DNA of 64,000 bases from Basidiobolus meristosporus CBS 931.73 (lineage: Eukaryota > Fungi > Basidiobolomycota): positions 62,001 to 126,000 of the forward strand of contig MCFE01000046.1 of assembly GCA_002104905.1 (NCBI GenBank), in the 5' to 3' direction. Below are positions 23,140-36,539 of the stretch, piece by piece. The position numbers and the translations under genes were made by a program. A model generated the notes under the pieces. It searched no databases and had not been told where the DNA came from. It saw nothing but the letters and a program-made list of their open reading frames with translations. Every line of letters begins with the position of its first letter. Within the stretch, counting starts at the first letter, position 1.

Positions 23140-26100
23140 ATACCAATATCTTGATGGTTCAGTATTATCAGCAAGTCTTGCATGCTTGAGTCTGTCCCTA
23201 TGCACTAGGTCTTCCCGGATATTACCTTGTTTGTCCACCAGTTAGTAAGTTGCAAATGGACATTCTCTGATGATCTTGTATGGTCCTGTCCATTGTGGCT
23301 CAAACTTCTTCCAAGTGTTGTTTCTTAGCAATACAAAGTTCCCAACTGTCAATGCTTCTGGTGCTATAGTCTTAGCAAATCTCTGCTTCATCTTTTCTGC
23401 ACTTTGAGATACTTTGGTCTGTGCCTCTTGACGTCTTTGTTCCAGTTGCTGGTGTCTACTTGGCTGACTGAGTTCATCTTCTAAGGTGTCTGTAAGCTTT
23501 GGTTGTGTGAGATCTCCTGGGATCCTTGGTTCACATCCATAAACTAAGTAAAATGGTGATTGCTGGGTGGTGTTGTGTACTCTGACTCTGCATGCAAAGA
23601 GTGCTTGGTCTATATACTCATCCCATCTACTGACAACTCCATTTGCATACTTGGTCAGCATTTTTCCAAATAATCCATTAAACCGCTCAGTGACTCCATT
23701 AGTTCTGGGGTGATATGCCAAGGTTTTCAAGTGTCTGATCTGCTGCATTTCCAGGTAAGCCTTTGATGTCTTTGCCATAAAGTTTGCTCCTCCATCAGAT
23801 AAGATCTCCACAGGGCATCCAAACTTCATCAGGATCTCATGGTAAATGAAACTTGCAACTTCTTGTTCACTGGCTATTGGTACAGCTTTAGCAACTGGCC
23901 ATTTAGTGGCATGGTCAATAGCTACTAGGATCCAACGGTTGCATTTCCTGGTAGTTGGCAGTCTTCCAATAAAGTCAATTCCCCATCTCTCAAATGGTCT
24001 TACAGGCTCCAAAGGGAAGAGTTCGGCAGTTCTTTGTGGCTGGCCTTGATTGATTTGGCAGTTTGGGCATGTTTTCACTAGCTTCTCAATATCTTGTTTC
24101 ATTCTGGGCCACCATGCTCTGGCTTTCACAAGGCTATAGGTTCCTTCAATCCCAAGATGTCCATATCCATTGTGTAGCTTATGTATTAAATCCAGGCAAG
24201 CAACATAAGGACAATAGGCAATACGGCTTCCATCAACAATTTGGTAGAGTGTTTCATCCTGTACAACAAATTTGCTGGCTTCATCACGGATTATCTTCTT
24301 GATATCTTCATCCACCTCATTAGGAATGGCTTGGTCCTCCAAGTACTTTGGTAATAGGCTAGGCCAATCTGATTCATGCACCAAGTTGAGTTGTGCAACT
24401 TGATCTAATCTTGATAAGGCATCAGCAACTGTGTTGTTTTTTCCAGGGCAGTAGACAATTTCCAGGTCAAATTGCTGAATGTATTCACTCCATCTTGTCA
24501 TTCTTCTAGAGAGTACCTTCTGAGTAAATATATACTTGAGGGAGGCATGATCAGTCTTCACAGTGCATTTGACTCCTTCAATATAGCATCTCCATGTCTT
24601 CAAACAGTGTATTATAGCAAGCATCTCCTTCTCATGGACTGGATAGTTTTGTTCTGCTGAGTTCAGTTTCTTGGATTCAAAGGCAACAGGGTAGTCCTTT
24701 CCCTTGTGTTCTTGGCTCAGCACTCCACCAATTGCATAATCTGAAGCATCTGTGCACAGAGTGAACTCTTTTCTGAAGTCTGGTATTCTCAGGCTTGGCA
24801 GCTTAGCAGGTTCATTCTTGAGCATCTGGAAGGCAGTCTCACAAGCTATGTGCCACTTGTAGGTATTGTCTTTCTTGAGGATATCAGTTAAAGGGGCTGC
24901 AATACTTGCAAAAGACTTGCCAAATCTCCAATAATAGGAAACCATTCCAAGGAATGATCTGAGTTCTGATATGCTATGGGGCTGCTTCAAATTCTTGATT
25001 ACTTCCACCTTCTTTGGGTCTAAGGTTACTCCTGTGCTAGTCACTATGTGTCACAGGTATTCAACATGCTCCTTGAAGAATTCACACTTGGCTAGCTTGC
25101 CATATAGCTTGTTCTCTCTTAGTTTCTTCAAGACCTTTTCAATGTGCACTACGTGATCCTCTTCTGTCTTGCTGTATATCAATATGTCATCCAGGTAGAT
25201 TATCACAAACTTGTCTAAGTACTCCTAAAAGACAGTCTGCATCAGCGTCATGAATGTTGCAGGGGCATTGGTGAGGCCAAAACTCATGACTAAGTACTTG
25301 TAATGTCCATATCTGGTCCTGAATGCTGTCTTGGGGATGTCTTCTGGCTTCACCCTAATATGGTTGTATCCTGACATGAGGTCAATCTTGCTGAAAATAG
25401 TGGCTCCATTAAGTTGGTCTAAAAGCTCATCAATCCGAGGTATGGGGTACTTATTCTTGATGGTAACTGAGTTCAGGGCTCTGTAGTCAATGCACATCCA
25501 AAGTGTTCCATCCTTCTTTTTCACAAAAAGCACTGGTGCTCCCAAGGGTGACTTGCTGGGCCTGATGTATCCTTGCTCCAGTAGCTGATCAATTTGTCTC
25601 TTCATTTCCTCCAGTTCTAATGGACTCATTCTGTAAGATGTCTTGCTCACTGGAGGGCTATCTCCTGTGTCAATGGCATGATCCACGTCTCTGACTGGTG
25701 GTAGGCTTACAAGCTCATCTGGAAACACGTCTGAATATTTCTTCAAGAGAGTCTGGACCTGCTGGGGTGCTGGGGTAGAGGAATCCTCCTGTAATACCGC
25801 CATGAGGAACATCTTGGTACCTTTTCTAAGTGCTCTACAGAACTGGGTTTTGCTAAGTTCACTTGTCTCACACACACTGGAATTGACCAAGTTGAAATCC
25901 AGCATGGCAGGTAATAGCTCATAGGTCTTGTTGTCTTTTTGGATCTGAGTAGCATAGGTTCTCCAGTTGATTGATGGATTACAACAAAATAGCCAGGTTT
26001 TTCCAAGTACAAGGTCAAACTTGCAGTTCCCAAATATATAAGCCTGTAGGTCTTCTTCATAGTCATTGATCTTCATTCTTACTGGCTGGGTAATACGGCT

Positions 26101-26406
26101 GATTATGTGGGAGTTCCCATTGGCTGTGGAAACTGAAGTTGATTTGGTAGGTTCCAAGTTGACTCCAGCTTTCAAAGCAAATTGCTCTGACATGTACTCA
26201 TGCGATGCTCCTGAGTCAATCATGATCTTGGCAGGTACTCCATTGATTACTCCATTCAAGTACAATAACTTCCCTGAGTTTGAAGTCATTTGGGACAAGT
26301 ACTCTTCTGTCATATGGAAGGTGAGTTCCGAGTCTTCTTCAAGCTCATCTTCCACATTACTGTGTTCATGGGACTCAATATGGTTGAAGGTTCTTGTTGG
26401 CTGGTG
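23140..26406 (-). pseudogene. pol: Pol of family B (PR-RT-RH-IN) with in-frame stops
   Basis: [40 protein letters not shown]; stops at about 25225, 25050 and 23242. Confidence 0.92.
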
Positions 26407-27233
26407 TCAATTTCTTCTCTGAGGGCAGTACTTTGCAATATGTCCCTGCTGGTGGCAATTGAAGCAAAGTCCTCTCTTCTTGCATTCTTCTGAGGAGGGA
26501 TTCTTCTGCATAGCATCTATTTCCATTGGTACTGCTTCTGATTGTCTTCTTTCAAAATGATTATAGCCTTTCTGATTAGTCACTGTAGGCTTCCCAACCC
26601 CAAACATTGCTGAGTCATAGTCAATGGCAATCTTGATGGCTTCTTCAATAGTCTGAGGTCTTTGGTAATTGACTTCCTTGCGAGTTCTTTCTTTCAACCC
26701 ATCAATAAAGTATTCAACTTGATCCAAGGGGTCCATTCTTTCAATTTGCCCAAGTAGACATCTGTACTCATAGATGTATTCTTGCACCATTCCTTTCTGT
26801 CTGAGTGTCTTTAACTTCCTTCGTAGTAGTGTCTGCTGGTGTGGAGGTTCAAAAGCATCCTGGATTTCCGACACAAACTCATCCCAGGTAGAGATTGTAG
26901 AGCATCCCATCATAGTAGCTGACCTGATCTTGTTGTGGTACCACTGTAAAGCTGCATCTGCCAGGTAAGAAGCTGCATAATGCAACTTGCTCTCTGGAGC
27001 AATTCCTTTAGCTTTAAAAGCTTCTTCAATCTGAAAGAGCCAAGTTCCCAGGTTTTCATGACTCTGCCATGGTACCAGTTGACCTTCACACTAAAGTTGC
27101 TCTTGACAGGGCTTTGCTGGCTCTGAGCCATGGTAGTCATTCCTTGTTGCTGTTGGCTGAGGATCTGGAGTAGCTGTTGCTGTTGGGCCAGGATTTGCTG
27201 CATGGCATTCTTCCATTCTTGAATGTCCAACAT
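26407..27233 (-). pseudogene. gag: Gag of family B with a 1-nt frameshift near 27060
   Basis: Gln-rich N-terminus, ENLGTWLFQIEEAF, YAASYLADAALQWY, PMEID, CFNCHQQGHIAKYC. Confidence 0.88.
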
Positions 27234-28122
27234 CTTGAGGGTGGTTTCTTCTTTCTTCAGGAGGGAGGTTTCTGGTTATTGCTGCTACCAATGTTACAAG
27301 TCTTGGTATAAGAGTTGTAGAGGAATAGGGAGTTTAGCTAGTATTGTATTCACTAAAACTTGAACTGATTTTTATTGAGGTTCCAGCAGCTCCTTATATA
27401 CATTTTGCCAGCTCAATTGCTGACTAATTGTATTTCCTAATGCAGGTTGTGGCTGATGACTCATTTGATTGCATCATCATCACCCAATAAGATCCTACTT
27501 AATATATCTATTTCTGTCTGATAAGGATCTGCTGATTCATTTGCTGACTAATGCTACTGATTTCATAGATAATACTGATATACTGATAACCTAAACATCT
27601 ACCAATTGATTTGACTAAAAACTGATCTTACTTAAACATTCAAGCGGCAGATCATAACAGAAAAGATGAAGCAGAGATCTGACAAGAGTATATCACCAGA
27701 AGAATTGACATTTGGGAACTTTGTATTGCTGAGAAACAACACTGGAAGAAGTTTGAGCTACAATGAATGGAACCTTTCAAGATTGTCAGACAATTTCAAT
27801 ATGCAACTTACCAACTAGTGGACAAACAATGTGATATCTGGGAAGATTCAGATCATAGAGACTAACTCAAGCTTGCAAGACTTGCTGACAGTACTGAACC
27901 ATCAAGATACTGGTATTGCAAGAAAAGAGACTCAGGTGAACCCTCTCAACTTTAGTAGGGGAGAAAGTTAAGATCTACTGCTACAAGCTTGAGTTAAACC
28001 ATTGTTAGTCAAATCCTTGAGTTGTACATTTGCTTATCAATATATCAGTGCTATCTATCAAATCAGCGATGTCAGTCTGCCAATGAATCAGCTGAACCTT
28101 ATTCAACAGGAATGGATATATT

Positions 28123-28614
28123 AGACTTGTTCTGTTGGATAGTACCACATAGAGCCATGAGTGCCAAATAGTGCCATTGTGTGCCAGAGAGGTAAAGCAA
28201 GCCTAGACTTGGCCACAGAGTGCAAAGCATATTCAAATATTTGCCTTAAAATAAGACCCTTACAAAGCACTTATAGTGCCAGATAGTACCAGTGGACCAA
28301 GATAGTACCATGCTTTTTTGTGATTTGTTACAAGCAGCAGGAGCTAGATTCAGAGTGCCATGGATATTGAGTACCATAGGTATTTCCAATCCTTCTGTGC
28401 TCTTACACATCCTGCACAGCATTGATCCCAAAAAAAGGTCATAATATAGATTTTCTCCTGCACAAAGGGTGAAACACAGAGGCTGCTTTACATGAAGATG
28501 AAGTACTATGCTTCATACTCTGTGGCCAAGTATAGGTTCACTTGGCCTCCCTAGCACACTATGGCATCATTTAGCACTCATGGCTCAATGTGGCTATATC
28601 CATGGAACAAGTCT
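28123..28614. mobile_element. Foldback element copy with deleted left arm
   Basis: Both AGACTTGTTC termini present; TSD ATT; sits inside the family-B 3' LTR. Confidence 0.92.
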
Positions 28615-28829
28615 ATTTATTAAGAACTAATTGGTGATGATCATGCAATCAAATAAGTCATCTGCCACACCCTACAATAGGGAATATAATTTGTCAGCAA
28701 CTGGTCTGGCAAATTGTACATAAGGAGCAGCTGGAATCTCAATAAATATCAGCTCAAGTTTGAGTAAATAAAATACAAGCCAAACTCCTTATTCCTCTAC
28801 AAATTTTATATCAAGAGCTGTTACAATTC

Positions 28830-29330
28830 ATGAATTTTATATCCTTCTCTGTGAGATGTTAGTATACAACTGCCATGTGAAAGTGCCTATTATCAATTGC
28901 ATTAGAGATACCCTGGCTATCAACAAGATACACCAGCATATGTGTTTTAAAAATTGTATTTCCACCTAAATATTCACCTAACTTAGTCACTTAGATCATC
29001 ACCTTCAAATCCTAGAAGAATAATGACCAAATTGCTTGTTGGGATTTACTTGAAATTTTTTCACCAAAATATCAGGTACCTGGAACATCAAAATTCTCAA
29101 GGTTGTCCAAACAGCCCCACACTTTGCACATGCTCTTGGGACCTTTCTAAACCTATTCTATGTGTTTGTTATGCAAAGACCATGTAAAGTATAAACACTA
29201 CTTTTGCATTCAATAAATCATTAAGTGAAAACTACATAATCCACTTGTTCTCCCAATCACTTCCAATATCTCCAAGACTCTTACAACTATATGTAGGCGC
29301 AATGGATGATGTTGCTGTGGAATGTTTGGG
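28830..29330 (+). pseudogene. CACTA tnp2 fragment interrupted by a solo LTR
   Basis: Homologous to 1236-1340 (tgccatgt...tgcattagagata...atcaacaagata). Confidence 0.55.
28943..29288 (+). repeat. Solo LTR, copia family 1
   Basis: Homologous to 194-542; TSD ATATG. Confidence 0.88.
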
Positions 29331-29342
29331 CTTCAGGGATTT

Positions 29343-29656
29343 AGACATGTTCCATTGGATAGTGCTGCATTAGTCCATGAGGGCCAAATTGATCTACAGT
29401 GTGCTGGAGAGGCCAACAGGACTTACACTTGGCCACACAATGTGAAACATAGTTATATACCTTTGTATAATGCAGCCCATGTATATCACTCACCAAGATG
29501 GAAAAAATTTATTTGATGACCTTGTTTTTGGGACCAACACTGTGCATCATTTGTAAGAGCACAGTAGGACTGAAAGGATGCATTTAGTACTCAATACCCA
29601 TAATACTCAGATCTGAGCTCCTGGGACTTCTAATTTGTCAAAGAATGCATGGTACC
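29343..29656. repeat. Strongly decayed arm of the foldback element
   Basis: Begins AGACATGTTCCATTGGATAGTG; collinear with 13815-14130. Confidence 0.7.
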
Positions 29657-29949
29657 ATCTATCCTATAAATTCTTTGTATAGCTGCCAATGCTAGTGGTT
29701 ATGATGTAATGATAGTTATCTGCTGGTTGTCCACTAGAGGTACTGCATATGCTGCAATTGTATCTGCCTGAGCATTAAGGCCACTTGTGACTTTGTAGCA
29801 ATTTCCAAAGACTAACTTTACTGAATGCATGAGGAGTCTACAATATTTCATCTAGTTATTATACTTTTAACATTGTTTTTGTAGATGTAGCCCTGATTGT
29901 CACACTGAATATTATAGCAAGCTGTTGTCCAGTTGCTGTGCTACAGTTG

Positions 29950-30370
29950 CCAGCTGTGGTGTATAGTTGGAGCCAGCCAACTTTACTTTATGTTTTGATG
30001 GCATATTAATGGAAGTGTGTTAGACCAAAGGGGAAATAATATTACATATTTGTGTCTATGAAGTGCCACAACTCTACATATAAAGCTTGCTATTATGTAT
30101 CATCATTAAAGCCTATAGTCATGAGGTGCAATGTCCCAAATACATGACTGTTGCTAACCCATATAAGTGTTGACACATAGTGATACAAATTGTTACATTG
30201 CTGAATGCTAAGCTATTTGCTCTGTTCACAAGACTACTCTGACTCAATACTGTAGGAGAAGAAAAAAGATCATGTGGCAACTGGAACAAGCCTTTTAGTC
30301 ATAAAGCACGCAACAGCATACAAAGCATTACAAGGACCTTTATGACAAATACTTTGGTCCTCACAGTAAA
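29950..30370 (+). repeat. CACTA-like 5' region copy
   Basis: Collinear with 7290-7690. Confidence 0.6.
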
Positions 30371-30930
30371 TCTGATCTGATTCAGCTCCTGATTATGTGC
30401 ATATTGATTTTGGTACTAAAGCAATATATTCCCTCTCCATGTTGGGATCTAGTCCCTGTTATAGATATGCTCTGGTTTTTGTCTGTATGAATTCCATATT
30501 GAATAGTGTAATAACAGGCTTGTACACAAGAGAAATCCAGCATGTCTTAGTAGAGTTGTCCTCATAAATATTAGTTGCACATTGTGTCCAACATATCTTT
30601 GTGTTACTTACCTGATCTTACATACATTGGGGCTGCTCAGCTTCTCCATGCCAATGACATAGGTGCTTCTATTTCCACATCTGATATCAGTATCATTTAA
30701 CTATTACAGGTTATCCTCCATGTGCCATCTCATTACATCCATGACAGACTTAATGATAATATTCTTGATGATATTGGGATATGGTAGTACTTGCAACAAG
30801 ACTTGTCTACCAGTTTTGCCACACATCTGCTGCATAGGAAACCCCTAAAAGGTATAGTAGAGTCTGGTATTCTCCACATGCCAAGCAAGATAGAGTCAGA
30901 ATAGATGCAGTAGCAGTAGAGAATGGTGTG

Positions 30931-31298
30931 TTTATTGCAACTTAAGAAGTGATTTCATTATAAATAACTTATAAAGGATTTGTGATAATATATGAACAGT
31001 TATTTAATCATAATGAAACTCAGTACTTATATCTTTGTAGATGTAATACAACTATAATACTAAGTATGGAGGGTTTCTCAACATTCAGGAGAGTTTATAA
31101 ACATTTCAGAGCCAGTACATGATGTTTGAAAAAGCGGTAACTTGATTGTGTCTAAAGGGAATAATCATAATATCATAGATGATAAGTAAGTGGCAAAGTT
31201 AGGGCTGTAAGCTAGTCCTTCAGTGGCCAAGATTAGTCCAGAATTGTTTAGTAAGTTTTTAGCTGCTGAACAATGTCAAATAGTCCAGCTTTTCAAGA
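30931..31298 (-). repeat. Degenerate LTR, copia family 2
   Basis: Collinear with 46527-46895; termini decayed, TSD not resolved. Confidence 0.75.
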
Positions 31299-31349
31299 GC
31301 ATTCAGCTGCATGTCTATTATAGAGCCTCTCAAATCTAACAAGCAGGAC

Positions 31350-32950
31350 TACATCCAAATAAGGCCATGTTGACAGTGTGCCCACTGAAGTGAATACTAC
31401 AGACTCCTTAGGCTCTCAGACATGTAAGGTAATGAGAATCATTGCAGAAATACTTACTGATCATTACGCTCAGCTAGATAAAAATATTACAATGGGAGTA
31501 CCTCTAATAGAAGACCTGAAAATTACTGTCACAACATCACCACCACCAGTATTAGGAAGAATGTTGCCAGCTTATGCCAATGCATTAATGAGTCAAGTAT
31601 TACTAGTCTTGGTATAAGAGCGGTAGAGGAGTAGGGAGTTTAGCCAATATTGTATTCACTAAAACTTGAACTGATTTATATTAAGGTTTGAGCAGCTCCT
31701 CATATACATTTTTGCCAGATCAATTGCTGGCTAATTGTATTTCCCAATGTAGGTTGTGGCTGATGACTCATCTGATGCATCATCATCACCCAGTAAGATC
31801 CTACTTAATATATCTATACCTGTCTGATAAGGAACTGCTGACTCAACTGCTGACTAATGCCACTGATTTGATAGATAACACTAATATACTGATAGGCTAA
31901 ACATATAACTAACTGAATTGACTAAAAACTGATCTAACTTGAACATTCAAGCAGTAGATCATACCACAAGTAGGTGCAGTGGCTGATGGGATAGATCAGA
32001 TGGTCCAAAGTAATCCAGGACTAGTACAGAGTCAGGAAGAGTACATATTGTATATAGAGCAATTAATATTCTAGGTAGATTATGAAGGGTCTTTGCTGTA
32101 TGGAAGGAGCTCAAGTAACTCAATGTCACAGTCAGAAGATGAGCTATTTCCCCGTGTATAGCAGAGAGACAGCACTCACTCCTTGATGCACAACAGCAGT
32201 GCCCAAAGATAAAGCCAACTGAAAAACCTATCAAGTTAATACAGGGAAAACTTTGATGTTGACACCCTAGGCCAATAATGAAAGGACTTCAAACATTTCT
32301 GAAGCTGTTGAGTTAGTTGATAAAGAGTGGGCTAGTTTATAATTGGTTATTGGAAATCTAGTGCAGCATTACCCTAAGGCAAGCACAACATGGGACAATC
32401 AGGAACTCAAGGCCAAGTGGCAGTCACCAGATCTATTCCATGAGCATAATCCTGGAAACAAGCAAGCCTATGGATTTTGGACCATCATTGGTATGGTAAG
32501 ATAGTATCTCATAAGTAACAGACACTATTATAGGCAGAGGAACCATGGCACTATTGATAAAAGCCTGCAGCTTTCTCAAGAGCTTATAACTTGCAAGGTC
32601 CAAAGCTTCAAACCAGAAGCAAAGAAATCTATGTCAGCTGGAGGAGTGCTGGTCAGGAACAAGCCAACAGAGACAAAACATACAAGGCAGCATTTTTGAA
32701 GCAAAAAACCCAGGTTAATGCAATAAGTACATGAACAATGTGGTTGCAAAGGACTTAGCAGAGATAAAAGCCAATGGCTTGCTCAGGAGCCCAACACAAG
32801 TAGGGCTCCAGGATTCAAAGATGTTGCAGAGAAATGGCAAGCAGCCTGGATAAATCTAGTAAGGACCTACCAGGACAAAACAGATATGCCAGTGCGCATT
32901 TGTTAAGCACATTACAATACTAGAAGCACTCAGTCAAAGCAGCAGTAAAA
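31350..32950 (+). pseudogene. Possible highly decayed non-LTR retrotransposon RT relic
   Basis: Weak motif echoes only (YQVNTGKTLML; EPNTSRAPGFKDVAEKWQAAW resembling P...GGLG..D......A....W); many stops. Confidence 0.25.
31598..31966 (-). repeat. Solo LTR, gypsy family B
   Basis: Collinear with 27292-27659; 4-bp TSD CAAG. Confidence 0.92.
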
Positions 32951-32994
32951 GACTTGGCAGTGATAAATGTAAGAAGAATGAGACAGAGAAGCAT

Positions 32995-35900
32995 CTTAGG
33001 GTCATATATCTGAGGAAATTGGCAAAGTTGGGGCTGCAAGTTGGTCCTACAGTGATCAAGACTAGTCTAGAATTGTTAGGTAAACTTAGCTGCTGAATGA
33101 TACCAGAGAGTCCAATATTTCAACACTCCCCCTCAACTAAGCAATTTTTCAATCCTGACTTGTCACTTGTTGCTATTGTTGGGTTGTCTACATACAGAAC
33201 TAGCAAGAGCACACCTTTTTTGAGCTGTTTCACATACACACTGTGATCTGTAATGCCACAAATGAACCAAATCTCCTCTAGATATTTATCTATCTTTTGA
33301 TACTATGCTCTATGTGCCTGCTTAAGCCCATAAGATGATTTCCTGGGTCTGCACACCTTATGTGGGCCTTGTGGATCAGTTAAACCTTCTGGTTGCTTCA
33401 TATATGTAGTATCTTGCAAATCCCCTTATAGAAAGTCTGTTTTGACATCCATTTGGCGTAGATCTTGACTGTGTACAGCTGCCAGGGCTAGAACTGTCCT
33501 AATGGAGTTAAATTTGGCAACCAGAGCAGATGTTTCCTTAGAGTCTAGACCCTGGATATGGAATAGCCTTTAGTTGCCAATCTATTCTTGTACCTATCAA
33601 TGGTACCATTTGAGGTTAACTTAATCTTGTAGACCCATCTACATCCTATTAGCTTTCTTCCATTTGGTAAATCTACCAGTTCCAATGTTTTTGCTTTGAG
33701 CAGGGATTAGTACTACTCCTCCATGACTTGTTGCTGCATTGTAGCATGTGAACTTTGCATTGCCTGATCCAAATTCTGAGGTTTGGCACATAAGGCAAAA
33801 TAAGCTTCTACATGATCATTTGATGTTTCTGACCAGGATGCAGGGGCATTTCTTATTTTGGTAGATCACCTAACTGGGACAATCTGCTCTGATCTGGAAC
33901 TGGCAGAATTATCTTCTGCATCTGGCTGAATTTGGTAGATATCTTCTTAATTAGTGTGGATTGCATCATCAGACAGCCGGCCAATGACTTCTGTGGCTTT
34001 CTGATCTGAGATCTCTTCATATACAACATCTCTGCTCTTGATTAGCTGCCAAATTCTTTCATCATACACTCTATACCCTTTAGTCTCATCACAATACACA
34101 AGAAAGAGCCCTTTCTACTCTTTGGTTCCAGCTTTGAGTGTTTTTAGTCAGTGATGTGATCAATGACATCACTGCCAAGGATCCTGAAGTGCTAGATGTG
34201 TGGTATCTTGCCTGTACATGCTTCAAATGGTGTAGAATCACATAGTGCACTTGTTGGGCATTCAATTTTGATGTATACAGTAGTAGCAACAGATTCAACC
34301 CAAAATATGTAGTTCATTCCCTTTTCATGCAGCCAAGATCTTCCCATCTCTATATTGCTCTATTTGCTTGTTATGCTACTCCATTTGCGGTGGAGTATGT
34401 GGAACAGTGGTCTGCTGATGTATAACAGTAGATGAACAGTATTTTGCAAACTCCTTTAAGTAGTATACACCTCAATTGTCACTTTAAAGTATCTTCAATT
34501 TACACTCAGTTTGTATTTCTGCCATGTTCTTGAAGTGTTTAAGCGTCTCCAAGGCCTCATCCTTTGAGTTCAGGAAGTATACCCATGTTTATCTTGTCTT
34601 GTCCTCAATAAATGCCATGAAGAATCTACTGGCTCCAAAGTACAGTGTTGTTGTGGGCCCACATTTTCTAAGTGTACAATAGCCACTATTTCGTGGTGTT
34701 ATTGCCTCCTGAGCTCCTGAGACATTGCCTAGCTTGTTTGCTATATGAACATCCCCTACAGACACTCAATTTGATTGGAATTGAGTAATTCAGGCCTAGA
34801 ACAAACTCATTTTTCACCAATTGGCTCATATTCTGTTTCCTAATGTGTCCTTGCCTCCTATGCCACATCTCTCAGTTAGTTTCATCTGTTTTTGCAATGT
34901 TGGCATACTCAGACACTACAATCTTGCATTTTGACTTGTATATATTGTGATATCTGATTCCCAAAGCATATTTTTGTCCATTTTCACTCATTATTGATCA
35001 GTTCAGCTTGGTAAAAATAAATTTCAGTGCCTCAGCAGTTGCTTTACCGACTGAGAATAACTTCTTAGCTATTCCAGGCAAGTAGAGTACATCAGTCAGT
35101 TTTGCAGATGTAGCCATACAGATATTACTCATATTTAGTAGTACAGACTCACTGGTGGTAGCTTCCAGTACAGAGTTGTCTCCCAGAGAAACCTCTCTCA
35201 TGGGAATAGTCTTCAAGTTGCTGAACAACTCCCTTGTACCACAAATATGCTGAGAAGCTCCAGAGTCAATATACCATTTATCACTCTGGCTACTTGAACT
35301 CCCTAATAGAGTTACAAATAACTGTTTAGCAATAGTTATATGGTTTGCCTGCTACAGTTTCTGCTTGTTTCTTCTTGCATTCTCTTGCCTAGTGTCCTGG
35401 CTTCTTACAGTAGTTACAGCAACCTGTTTTTCTTTGGTTTTGTTGCTTTCCGGTCTCTTATGTGCACCTTTTGGAGCTGTATAAAGAATTCTCCTTAATT
35501 TTCTCTGTTTGATCATTATGTCTGAGTTCTTCATGGAGAAGTCTTCCATTCACATAGTCTACAGTCAAATTATCTTCTCTGCTTTCAAAAGAAAGTAAGA
35601 TTGGCTCATGCTCATCTGGTGGGCTGCAAAGCAGACAGAGTATCTTTTCTTCATCATCTACACAAGCATTAGTAATATAAAGCTCTTCAGCAAGTGTCTC
35701 CATTGTAGTGATGAGTTGTAGCATGTCATCATCTGGCTTCCTCCTCATGTTGAAGAACTTTTCATTTAAATATAGCTTGCCTGACACTGACTTTGCTCTA
35801 ACAACATTCTCTAAGGAGTCCCATACTGCTTTAGCAGTATTTGACTCATGGATTTGTCCAATGAAGGAGTCTTGCACATTGATACAGTGAGCAGTAAAGG

Positions 35901-36504
35901 CCTCTCTCTCCTTCTCTTGAAGCTTCTCACCTTCTTCTGCTGTTTCTTGAGGCTCAACTTCTTTTCCTGTTACTCTGTTCCAAAACTTTCTTTCCTTAAG
36001 GTGGATCTGCATCTTGATTCTCCAAAGTCTGTAGTTCTTTCTGCAAATCTCTCCTTTGTAGGGAAGATGCTTGTACTATCTGTATGCTGGTAGTAGTCAT
36101 ATTTAGAATAGGTTAAGTCAATCAGGGCTAAGAACCTGTATCATTTCAAGAAGTAACTTGGATATACAGAACTTATCAAGATACATTGATATTAGTTCAA
36201 CTGTTGCTTATTCATGAAAAGGAACAGTGTTTATACCTTCATGGAAGAAATACAGCTGTAAGACCAAGTCAGTAGGGTTTTTTAACATTCAGGAGCACTG
36301 TGTAACAGTCTCAGGGTTAGTACATAAGGCTTGGTAAAATGTGCTGATTTGATCTTGATTGATGGAGAATAATTATAGGGTAATACATGTGAAGAAACTG
36401 ACCAAGTTGGGCTGTAAGTAGTCCTACAGTGAACAAGTCTAGTCTAGAATTGTCAGGTGAGTTTCTAGCTGCTGAATGATACCAAATAGTCTAATATTCC
36501 AAGA
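32995..36504 (-). mobile_element. Degenerate copia family 2 with about 0.9-kb RT/RNase H deletion
   Basis: Collinear with 46527-51212; 5' LTR 36137-36504, PBS relic 36125-36136, PPT at 33126, partial 3' LTR. Confidence 0.92.
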
Positions 36505-36539
36505 GCTACTTCCAAGCAGTGCTTTGTAGTAGTATAGTG

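Larger units (their letters stand above)
22723..27659 (-). mobile_element. Ty3/gypsy family B, full length, no chromodomain
   Basis: 368-bp LTRs 22723-23090 and 27292-27659; 4-bp TSD GAAA; PBS TGGTAGCAGC (27281-27290, minus strand); PPT at 23091-23102. Confidence 0.97.
19540..28825 (+). mobile_element. Old degenerate Ty3/gypsy (family B), host of three nested insertions
   Basis: Decayed PR/RT/RH/IN collinear with the 22723-27659 element; integrase resumes at 27664; PPT near 27955; 3' LTR about 27967-28825 split by a foldback element. Confidence 0.9.

Noticed and set aside
23091-23242. env-like or extra ORF downstream of pol in the LTR elements
   Set aside because: Pol runs to within a few dozen bases of the PPT or LTR in all three full-length elements, leaving no room.
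26400-26412. Programmed stop-codon readthrough between gag and pol of family B (TGA followed by in-frame pol)
   Set aside because: The older paralogue has GGA at this codon (about 19577), so the family probably has one continuous ORF and the TGA is a mutation.
29660-29950. RNase H relic on the minus strand
   Set aside because: Only vague resemblance in different frames; cannot be supported without a profile search.
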